Shown one piece after another: positions 10,091-22,000 of a stretch of DNA of 64,000 nucleotides (position 1 is the first letter of the stretch; each line of letters starts with the position of its first letter). A model generated the notes under the pieces. That model was not told the DNA's origin, did no database searches, and was given only the letters and a program-made list of their open reading frames with translations. The position numbers and the translations under genes are program-made. This DNA comes from Bilabrum cf. latius. Taxonomy: Eukaryota. The DNA lies in NCBI GenBank assembly GCA_965178125.1, contig OZ237751.1:372001-436000 (forward strand). Direction: 5' to 3'.

Positions 10091-13000
10091 TTAGATGACT
10101 TCCACGTCGTGACCGCTGAATTGGGTCCCTGTTTCGGCGCTCCCTCGTTCCCCTCGCGACCCGCTTCCAGGACTGCCGCCTGCGGATCCGTCACGCGCCG
10201 CCTCCACGCCCAAGCCAGCGGTCACGGCGGCAGGGCTTTCCCTCGCACCCGGCGATCGCTGCCCGCTGGCAGACCTGGCGCGTGAGCCGGCGCCCGGGCT
10301 CGTCGCCCCTTTCCTCTTTTTCTTGAGCGTCTTGAGCGCCGAGTTCTGTTCCCTGGCCTCCTTGCTCTTGCGGTCGAACATGCTGATCATACTCTGCAAC
10401 TTGGCGGCCCGTTGCAACTTCTCTCCCGCTGCCTAGGAGACAAGGCCTGCCCTCCTCTCCTTCTGCTTCTGCTTCTGTTTCTTCCTCCTGCCGGCAGCCC
10501 CCTGAGGGCCCGCCTCTCCACTTCCTTTGCCTTGCTCGCTCGTGCGGCTGCTCTGGCTCCTACCACGGCCGCGCGGCGCCACTGTTCCAGAGGCGAACGA
10601 CCCAACAGTCGTGGGTGAGACAGATAGACTTCCCAGCCTGTCGTCACGAGCATGAGCATCGGCTGCTTCCCCGCCTTCTTCTTCGTCGTGGCCCCCGTCA
10701 CCGATCGCGAGCAACCTCATGGAAGCGCTCTAACCCAGGCTCCTGCCGCTATCCTGGCCCGGCAGTCCGCTCGAGTTCGGCCTCCCTCGCGACATGAACG
10801 CCTGTAACGGGTTGACGGGCGGCTCCTCGGCTGCCTGGGTCTCGCTCTCCCCCGTCGGCCGGCCTCGCGACATGAACGCCGTAAGCGGGTTTGTAGACCC
10901 TGGAGCGCGGGCGTCTGAATCTTCGCTCGATTTGCTTGGTTCTTGTCCGTTCGATGAACCCGCACCCACGTGTGCCCTAGCCATGGGGTTCAGGCTGCTC
11001 TGGAATGCGCCGGATCGTCCGCCCATCGCCGTGCCCGATCCCATGCGCGAGAAAGCGCCAGAGAGCTTCGCGTCGTGCTCTTGTCCAGAGGTACCAGACA
11101 GGATCGGGCCCAGGCTGGCTGCTTCCACCCGTTTCTTTGAGCTGGGCCCGCTGCGCTTCGAAGAACTCCCATCGTTCGCATCGTCCTCTGCCAGCTTCCT
11201 CTCCTTCTCTGTTTGCTCCCTTTGCTGTTTCTCTAGCTTCTCCTATTCCTGCCGGGTCTTTTCTTGCCTCGCAAGCATTGCTACACGCATGGGATTCAGA
11301 CCTGCGACGGATACGCTGGCCCCTGCCGTGCGCAAAGCCAACGTTGGACCACCGGTGCCCTCGGGCAGTCCCCGGCCGAACAGGTCGGACCTTGCATTGA
11401 ACTGTGGTGCAGATGTCATACGCTCGGCGTCTCTTCTCGCACACATGGACTTCCACATGCAAATACAGCAAAACACGTACCCGCATGCCGCGGCCGCACT
11501 CCCAGCCGCCGAGCCGCACGCCTGGCATGGCCCGTCGAGCCTAGCACCTACTGCACCCATGGCCGCCGTTCCAGCACCCAAAGCGCCACCAACCAAACCT
11601 TTGAACTGCTACCAAAAGCTGGTGATGGCATAAAGGACCAATGCAGCGTTGCTGACAATCACCACCCACGTGGCTGGCGACTCGACGCTGACTCCGTACG
11701 ACTCCAGATTCCTCATCTGCCTCTCGACCTCGACGACCAACACCATTAGCAGGGAGATAGCTGCAGTTCCAATCGCAAGGAGCTCAAGCCGGTTGAGCAA
11801 ATTGTCGTATTGGTACTTCACCGCGGGAACCTGCCTGACCGCCTCTGTCTCCTGCCTACCGTGAGGCCCACCCTCATCCCCGTAGTCAGCAAACACGTTG
11901 AGCCCGTCGTCGATTGCGCCAAGGAGATCCTCCAAAGATGGCGCGTCGAGCGGATCCTGCTCCCCGTCTACGTTCATACCGTTATCTAGGCTGAAAGTCG
12001 AGCCGACGGAGTTTGTCCGCGCAGCTCGCGGGGGGGGCAGCTGTGTTTGGCTGCTCGTGGCCGCATGGGGAGCAGCTGCAGGGCCCAGGGTTGGAAGTGC
12101 CTTGGACTCATTCGCATGGCTAGGCGCGGCACCCAATCTCTACTGAACCATAGAGCCAAGCAAGCTGTTTTCATCTCCTTCTCCCTCCTCTTCCACCTTG
12201 TCTTCCATGTCGAAGATTCGTTTTGGGTCAGGCATGTTGCGGGCCGGCTGGAACGGTTGTCGACTGGACAGCAGCTACCGAACAGGAGTGTCAGCCTTCG
12301 GACCAAACTTGCCGAACAGAGAGGTGCGGGTTCGCCTTCGTACACGTGCTGACGGTGCCTCTAGCACTGTCGCATCGTTTCCAGTGCGAGACTGCGGCTT
12401 TGCCTTCCCGATCCCGCCTTCTTCGCCGCCACTGTCTAGGCCTGGTACAGAACTACCAGCAGCCTAACGATTCAGCTCTAGGACATCAAAACGAACGACT
12501 GGCTCTAACGACCGCCGTTTCTGCATCCTGGCGTGCATGAGCCAGCGACGCACCGCATCGCGCTGGATTGCCTTTTCGTATAGTCTGACCTCGGAGTGGC
12601 ACCGTAAACACAGCATCTTCGAAATCCAGTAGATCATGCCACCGCAACAAATGGTGGAGTAGGGCTTTTCGAGAAGCTCCATCTCAAACACGGCACGGTC
12701 GCGCCGGGCCCCCCTCCCATGTGCGCTAGCTCTCCGTATCTGACCGCTGAGCTGCTTGATGCGCTTGCGGCAGTCATCGGGGTATCGCCGTGCTGCTTCT
12801 TCGTACTTGGCCTTGCGGGCGAGATGCTGCCCTTCTGACTCGTTCAGGGATTTGACTGGCTCCACAGGCTTTGGAGGCATCTTGCGAAGAGCGGCGAGCA
12901 CGAGATGGTTGAACAGGCACTGCTTCCAGCGGATGTACGTTTCATCTGGCATTGCTTCCCACTTGACGTTCTCAGGCAGGCTGTCATCCTCTCGAGAATG

Positions 13001-16000
13001 TCCGGCATTGGACATTCTTCTGGTGGCAATAGAACCGCGGTGCCTGGGAGCAGGCTATGACTTCGAATGATTCAGGGACTGCGACTCCCTCCTCGCTACT
13101 GCACTGCTTTCTCTCCGCGAGGATTGGAGGCCTAGACCCCCCATGGATGAAGAATTTCGAATAAGTCCCCCTCTTCTGCGGCTGCGGCGAGTTGCAACAC
13201 CATCAGGTCCGTCTCTACCCTCTGTAGCATCTTTGCCTGCAGGCTCGCCTTCACCCTCGTCCTCGTTCTCGTTTGCACCCTAAGACGAGCCGCTCGAGCC
13301 TTGCATGCTCCCCGCTGTAGCACTGTCGGTTTCCTCATACTTTACCGCCCTACCAGTGGTATCCAGCTGGATGATTGGCAAGCCGTCGTGGTTGGTTCTC
13401 AGCTGTCTCTGGTACGGAGAGTTCCACGCCTGCAGGCCAAGAGAGATCAGCAGAACACACAGCATGCAAAAGAGCTGAAAGACGGTACCGATCGGGGCAA
13501 GGATGGTCACAGCAACGGCCTGCATTGCCTTGCGCATCAGATTGACAGCTTCCCAATACTTGTGATCGTCAGTGAGCCCGTTGTACAAGAAACTCATCGA
13601 GTTCTCGACGCTCTCCCACGTCTCCGCCGAAATAAATTCGCAGCGGAGCTCAACTAGGCCATACACCATGAGGGGTACGAGTAGACTGAAGCCAAAGAGC
13701 ATTGGAAATCCAACTTGGATCATCTCAAGCTGGTTCTCGCTGCACACGTACTCCAAATCCATGGCAAGACGTAGCTGTCCCTGCGCTGCAGGTGACGCCC
13801 CGTACAGCTCCCACTCATTGACTGCTTGCACGGATGCGTTGTAGACCAGCCAAGCGGACTCTGGAGCATACTTTGCAGGCTCCGTGAGATTGGCAGACTC
13901 AAAGGCTTCCCGCCTTGCCTCAGAGAGTGCATCGAATGACAACCCGGACTCTGGCTGGATGGACCTGCACGAGAGCATTCTGAGTGCTGCCTCCGTGATC
14001 GGCGTGTGCACAAGGAAGCTGATCACAAGGAACGAAAGCCCAATACGCTTTCCAAACATGGACCAGAGATCAAAGCATTCCGTTCTATACGTGATGCCTT
14101 CGCGCAGCTCTACCTGTTCTATCAAAGGAGTGCTGGCATCGTGTACACCTGCAGATTCACCGTAACCGCTGCCTGTTGGACTGCGTATACTGGATGACCT
14201 GACCAAGTTCGACGACTTGCTTGGCGAGCGCTTTGAGCTACCTAGCCTTGGATGAGCGCCAGACTTGATCGCGGCAGCACCTAGCGTAGGGGAAGCTATC
14301 GGTGACTTCGATACCTGGTGCTTTGAGACGCTGGATCCTAGCGACCTCATACTCGATACGCGCACGGAACCTACGGAACGAATCGAATTTCGGCGGCGAC
14401 GACCATTCTTCTTCGTGTGGCTGTGAAGGTGTTCGGGAGCATGATACTTCAGCATGTCGTACAGGGAAGGAAGATGCGTCACTTGGCCATTGTCCAGAGC
14501 CACCGCCACCTCATCCTGGGACAGTGTTCTGCCATAAAGCTACAACGTCGACATGTTATCATTGCTAGCGGCAGTTGAAGCCATGGAGTGGGATTGGTTC
14601 ATACTTGGTGCAGCGGCTGGATTCACGAGTGTTTGCGTGCCGTTCCGACCATCAAACGGCCTCGCCCCAGCGGAGGTGCTCGTGAGTGGAGCGTTCTGGG
14701 CCAGTGAAGATTTTCCAGCTAGGCTGCTTGGTGCCTGCGCCTGCAAGGCTCCTGTGCTCTTGTCCATCTGCATGAGAGCAAGCCTTGCGTCCCCTGCTGC
14801 CATAGCGTTGGAGGAGCCGCCTGCGAGGCGGCGCCCGTCGTGCAGACCAGCCCGTCTTCTACCCAAACTCAGCGGATTAATCGAGCTTAGCTATCGTTGA
14901 CCCGCACCGCCTCTTTGGTGCCCTGTAAGACCAAATCTTCCGCTCCCACCCGATTGTTTGCTTGTGTTGGGCTCTTTGAACGAACCTCCGAAGTTCGGAC
15001 CGCTTGTGTGGTGACCGTGTGACTGATCTGCACGACGATCTGTAGATCGCATTGGATTGACCCCAGCCAGCTTAGGGCCCCCTGTTGAGCTTAGTGTACC
15101 CTGATCATTCTGCTTCTGCTGCTTAGCATTGGCCAGCATGTCTACTCGCGAATGTACTCGAGAACCGTCGCGGGACACGCACCACACCAAGCAGCAGCCG
15201 CAACACGAATCAAACCACGACAAACGGGAGAGTCCGGGCGTAAACGCGACCTCACGACGGTACGCGTCCCATAGTTTCACCTACTCAGACTCTGTTCTAA
15301 CTTCGTCGACAATGTTCTTGGCTCTCTGAACGTGCTCGTCCCACTCGGCGGAGCGACGGCACGTGAGAACGCGCATGCAGCCGGGACAGCAACGCGCACT
15401 TGCGCTCGATTCAGGCCTCCTCAAGAACGCAACGATAAACGATATCACGACTTCAAGCGTCCACATGACGCAGGCGTACGATAAAAGACCAGGGAGAACG
15501 GCGTATGTCAGAAGCGTCTGACCCACCGGGTCTGTTGAATCATCGAGACTGCACTCCAATGCAATCCCGCTGGTCGCAGCAGAGGCACCCACGGATGCCC
15601 CGCCAAAGAACTAGCCCATCGTCACGGGAAACTTCATGTCGACAGATGCAATGATGCCGATAGTCTGTATATGTGTAAACATGATTTTGGCGGCAACGAC
15701 GACTGCCTGGCTCGTCGTATCAGCATTTTGCGACCTCCACGAATTGTAGAGGACGCCTGCGATCGCCAAGAGGATCAAGGCTCCGATCAACAGCCTCTAA
15801 ATGAGCGACCAAGCGCCCTGCTCCTCAGGTGAGGGACAAGGCACGCACGTCCCGACAGCGTTCTTAAAGTACCCGGGCTAGCACTTCTAGCAGATAATTC
15901 CCTGGTGGCCCTCGACGCACCCCTCCAATTCGGGGCTCGACAGCACTTGGACTCCATCAAGCGCCCGTGGTGCCTGACTTTCCGAGTAGGCTTCCAGTAG

Positions 16001-19000
16001 CCGCATGACGTCATCTGGAGGCGCTAGCATGAACTCAACGCTTGTACCATTCGCATCCTGGGATATCACCGACCTTTCGCGTTCGATGGCCCACCTCGGC
16101 AACCTAGAGCTGGCCGGTGGCTCTGCAGTCCGGAGAATGCGTCTGGCCTGGATGAAATGCTGTGCATTTAGCGGAGACGACGAAGCAGGTACTAGGCCAT
16201 TGAGCCGTCTGCTTCCAGAGTCTCCGTCCACGCTGAAATCGTCAGGCAAATCGCGAAGAAAGTTCTCAACTCGATCGTTTCCGGTCCCAACAATAGCTTT
16301 CACTCTAGTTGAATATCTCCATAGGCGCACGAGGGCTTCTGCTACTTGCACGTTCCCGTTGGTCTGCGCAATGGCGAGCTGCTTCTGGGTGTCTTGCCGA
16401 AGCTGCATCCATGGTGGCATGCCAGCCAGCTCCGTCTCCAATTGCACTTGCTCTGGCACACCACGGCAGACTCCCTCTGTCTCGCAACGGATAAACCCTA
16501 CCTGTCCAAAGGACCACTCCAGCCTTCGGTAACCCTCCAAAGCCGCGATCCGATCCGAGCTCATTCCACCGCAGATGGCTCCTGTAGGGCACGGCAGGCA
16601 CTGCTGCTTGAGTCCCAGTCCGTCCGGCATAAATCTGTTGAACTGGCACGAAGCCTTGACAGGAGCACTGACGTAGGCCCACCGACTAGACCTCGTCTTC
16701 GTCTCAACACCACCCGCAACATGCTCTGCTCTGACTCGTATCACGTAAGGCTCCGACGACGGCACATTGAAGCTGGTTTCCACCAAGAACCACGAGTCTG
16801 CCGATCCAAGGTCGGACGGATCGGTGCTGGTGGCATTCATGCGACGACGTTCTTCCGATATGCGCTGCAGGACTGCCGTTGGATCGCTGTATTCTCCCTG
16901 CAGCCCGGCGAGTGACATTGCCGCTCTCGCAGAAACAATAGCAGAATCGTTGAGACTCTGGTCGCTGGATCCTGTTAGTGACCCCCACAAATCAGAACCC
17001 TGCAACAGCTCATCCAAGACATCATCATCGAATGAGTCGAGAATCCATGGCGCACGGCTGTCATCCACGGCCGCGATACGAGACTCGAGATGCTGGATGG
17101 ATTCCACGGTGCCGAAGCTGCCCTCTGCGGGGGCTGCTTCTACTCTGAAACGAGAGGTTGGCAAAAAGTTCAGCGCTTGGGTTCCACTGATCTTGTCAAC
17201 TGCAAGCGCTTCAAGCTTTTCTGATGGGTAAAACCAGCGGGCAATTACCCTAAGGTCATCACCAACTCCTCGCCATGCTGTCGGCGCCAGTGGCGGAACC
17301 GGCGGAGGGAAGTTTTGGGCGATGCCTTTGGGAATCAATCTGGCTCCCTCCGGGGCATCCATACCGTAGTTGCCTGGAGGAAGCAAGCCGTTCACGGTGT
17401 CATCTGACAAGACACCAGACGGATCTATTGCAACTGGTTCCCCAGTGGTTGTAAACCGCTCGAGGTTGGATACACCTGTTCGCATGACAACCTGAATGCC
17501 AACGTATGGCTGCACGGATCCCGGATTCTGCTCGACATGTCGCCACAGCGGATGGTTAGACGGGATATGGCACTTGAGCTCATTTTCAGAGACATGCCAA
17601 TTCCCAGAGCATGGAACTCCTCCCACCGTAAGATTCCGCAGATCAAGAGGTGTCTTTCCAAAGCCTTCTCCCCTAATCGTGATTTCCTCATCCGGCCCTG
17701 CTTCGGTTGGCGTAATGCTGGTCACGCGAGGCGGCGGAACCAGCTGGATTGCTATCCTGGAGAGCTACGACTCTTGCTTAGCAACTGTTATTGAAGATCC
17801 ATCAGACGGCCAGCTACTCCCAATGACACCGATTCCATCCAAACCGCTTGACGCATTGGCACGAGCCTGCGCTGGATCTACCCATTTCAGCCCCACGCAT
17901 CGCACTGCCCGACCAGGCTCGACCAGCTCGACCCTGTGGCATTGAACACCACCAATGCGAAGATCCGTCAATTGATCGATGACGAGTGGGAACGAACGAC
18001 CGCGAAGTAGTATCGACGCCTCCCTATCACCCGCTAGCACCGCCACCGGGTTGTCTTCATCAATGGTTGGGGGGCAGTACGCCAAAGACAGCGGCCTGCT
18101 CACAGCGCCCCCAAGCAGCTACACCCGAACCTGAATCGCTTGACCCGCCCCAGGTGGCAGGATTAGCTAAATTAGCTCCCTTGACACCCATCTCGGCGAC
18201 AATACCGTCGTATTGACGTTCCCAGTCGGGATGACAGGAACGCTCGTAGTACCAACGACGGGCAGAGCAGCCGCAAGCTGCCACGAAGAAATACCCATGG
18301 CCGCGAGACTGGCTGGCTCCATGAGCTTAGAACCATTGACAATACCTTCGCGACTACCAGAGATGACACTTGTTGAGTTGAATCCAGCAGCGAGGGCGGC
18401 CTGCTCGAGATCGAATCCTGACAATAGCACGTACTCCACTTCAAGCGGGCTAGTCCCGAATCCAAAGCCCTGCACTCCAATGACTGTCTACGACGACCCG
18501 CCTGTCGTATCAGAGCAGGAGCCGGCCAGACCAATCACACGCGGTGCAGTGCCCAAGTCTACTGTGAACTCGGCGGACTGGCCCGCGACCAGGACCGACG
18601 CAGCGCCCGTCCACTCCACGAGACCGCTCAAATCATTGTCGCTCCACTGGAGTTGGTTGCAAATTAGGCACGACGCCACGGACTGCAGTTCAGGTGAAAA
18701 CTATGACACGTCAATCGTGCCCCCTCGACCGTTTGCCATGGACCTAGCGTCTGCCAAGCTGATGTCTGAAACCCCAGTACATGGGCGACCTCCGAAAGTC
18801 AATCTGCGCTCTACGGGTAGTTCAGCCCCGAAACTAGCACCACAAACCAGAATAGGTCGTGCCTCACCGAAGACAAGTCTCTCTGGCTGAACAGTCATGA
18901 TTGTAGGCGGCTGGTACCCAAATGTGCCTACAGCAATGGTGCCTGTTCGCATGACGACGGCTACTCCCACATCAGCTCCAGCGCCGGAGGGAACACTAAC

Positions 19001-22000
19001 TTGAAGCTCCGAGCTGGATCGCCACTGAATTGGACTATCAGGGGCAGACTGGACCCTGCCAGATGTCTCACCGCCACTACCAGGTGCATCACCGGCAGCC
19101 TCTGTCTTCGCACGAAGTATGCCGCATACGTCACGAGCAAACACCTATGGTGAAGCTGATGGGCTCGGTGATAAAGATGGAGTCACTGACGGAGTGGGTG
19201 ATCCGCTAGGGGACACGGATGGAGTCACTGGCGGAGTGGGTGATCTGCTAGGGGACACGGACGGAGTTGTGGACGGCGTGGGTGGCATCGAAGGAGACAC
19301 GCTAGCGGTACTGCTCGTTGAAGGTGCGGCTGACGGACGGCTCGAGGGCGATATCGAGTCGGTCTCGTTGGCAATCGCTCCCTTGGACGAGTTGTTCGCA
19401 GTGTGGTTGAAAGTCGACCCTGGATATCCAGCAGTACCGTTGGTAACATTACCAACCACCCCGACACAGTCGCTAGATGCAGAGCTGTTGGACCTTGGAC
19501 ACGTGGTGCTGTTCCCCATGGAAGCTCTAGCACTAGAGGACGTCTCATTCGTGGTTGTATTGGCTGCTAACAGAACTCGAGTGCCATGCTGCGTGGCATT
19601 ATCCCCTTGCACCTGATCGGTTGCATTTTCAGGCAGCACGCTGCTCGAAGGCAGCGGGGTGAGATTCGACGAAGAAGAAGAGTTCGTGGATGCCTTCAGG
19701 CTGTGGTTGCCTGGAGCGGCCAGACTGCTACTGTTACTACTGGTCGCGCTCCCATTGCTTGAATTAGTAGTCAAATTCATGCCTCCAAGGCTAGCATTGA
19801 AGCTTGCTGCCCTAGATGGCGTAGAAAATACCGGGGCCGGAGACGTTGATGGCGTGGCGCTCAGCTCTGGTCTAAGCTCTCCTTCTCCTTGTGTTAGCAA
19901 CAAGGGGTTGACACAGTGTTTGACGACATCCAACTCATCTGAATGCGCGATACCAGATGCCTACCACGGCCCAAACACGACCGCTACGACGTCACGAGCG
20001 TCCAAGCCGAAGCCTTCCCCAGTGAGGATTGCCTGACCACGTCCGGATGTATCAAAGTCAGTAGATCGAGCGGTGACAGGAGCTATCGAGTCAACTGTTG
20101 GTGCGCCTTGCAGATCCATGACAGTGCTAGAGGTGGTTCGTTGACCTGCTATTTGGACCACAACATCGCCCGTGGGCCACTCCTCGTCCGCCTCCAAGCG
20201 GGTCAAGTTGCCGTCTACATCGATCTCATAGGTTGACTCGACCCCCATGCACGTGATATATCTTCCCTCCAACAATGAGATATTTGCTGCCTGCACTTCG
20301 GCCGAGCCACCAAATCGCTGCAAGACTTCAAAATCCGCGCCCTGACGTGCCTGCTTACACTGCAATCCGCCGATAGAAACGAAGTCGATATGGTTGTCTC
20401 TGAAGCCGAAATACTGGCCCTTAAGCACAACCGTAAGGTTAAAATCTCGCGATAGAGCCACTGACGGAAACGCGCGGTCAAGTTGGGGGCGAGCATAAAC
20501 CATGGTACTCGTTCCCGCAAGAGGCGAGGATAGTCCGGTGCGCATGCCAACCTGAACTGGCGACGCTGACCCGACCCCAGGCGGAATCATGACTGCGATG
20601 TTGTTTGGAGACCTCCATTCGATCAATGGACCGTCTGCGTTGTTGAGATCAGCATCAGCTGCCAGGGAGAACTCCTCTGGGACTACCCAAGTCGGCAACA
20701 ATCTGTTACTCTGTGTCGGAAGCCAGTACTCAACTCGTCCATCTGCATAAACCATACGGTTGTGATAAACTCGGGTCGCGTCTTGTCCTGCTCCAAAATC
20801 GACGTACTCCACGTCGCCATCATACTGGCGGTTCGGCCCAATCTCGCCTGGCTGACGCTCCTTCGTACCGAATCCCAGGCCAGCGATGATAGCGAACAGA
20901 CCACCAGTGGTAGGAACCCTACCCTCAGTGCTAGGCACGACTCCTTCTTTATGTGGAAGCTGGTCGTTAATTGCCGTGTTTACAGCAAGTACTTCAGGCG
21001 CGGATTGTGGCCTCAAAAAGCTCCGTTTCTGTGTCTCTGCTAGTCGTCCGCCAGCTGTCGCCAGCCTGTAGTACGCTGTGTCATTCGTCCACAGAGTCGG
21101 GGCTTGCACTATGCAGTCCAGTCGCTTCTCTTGCTCTGGGAATGTAATGAAGCTAGAACAACTCACGGGGCCAATCACAATCTCCAGAATGTCGATCTCT
21201 GACTCTTGCACACCTTCGCCGATGATCTCGAACCTGTAGCTGATCACCCCTGGGGCGGATGGTAGCACGATAGAAGGCACGATACTCAGCACATACACCT
21301 GCAAATATCCTAGTTCGTTAGGGATACTCTCAGTGCCGTCAATAGCCACCACTATCGGCGCAACCGGGGAGTCAAACGCAAGGGTCTCAGAGGGGATGTA
21401 TAGGCATTCTGCGGTGGTGCTCCCACCACAAGACTGCTGCCGGAGGCCTGCAACGAGTTGTGGGGCAGCATTGGACCACTACCCCGCTGAGAGTCTGTTT
21501 GGATAGACAGGTGAGGCTACATCCTCGGTAGGCATCAGCGTGTTTCGCATGTACAGCTGCAGCTGACCCTGCCCGCGACTCGCTGCAATCTACATCTGCT
21601 GCAAAGGAGACTGCAGCACCCAGTCCGGAGGCAGGTTATGCACTGCAGCTTCGACAAACTAACCACCCTGCGGCTCCAACCGCTCCCGGTCAACGCCATT
21701 CTCAGGGTTTTCGATCCAAGTCAGCAGAGGTTGCTCGTAGCTGAGGGAGGGTCGATACTCCTGCTTGAGAGGAGAGAGAACCAGGTCAAAGCGCCGCACT
21801 GCACCTGCCTGCATCGCACCAGGAAGGTTGACGTACATCATTGCGCATAGAGCCTCTGGATCATCGGCGCCACCACTGTTGCACTGGATACCTGACAAAG
21901 CCGCATCATGCGGCGCTGGTACAGTCTCTATGGCTGGTCCGCCAAGTCTGATAGCACCATCGACTCTAGCCAAGCTAAAGGCATCTAGTGGATCGTTCGA

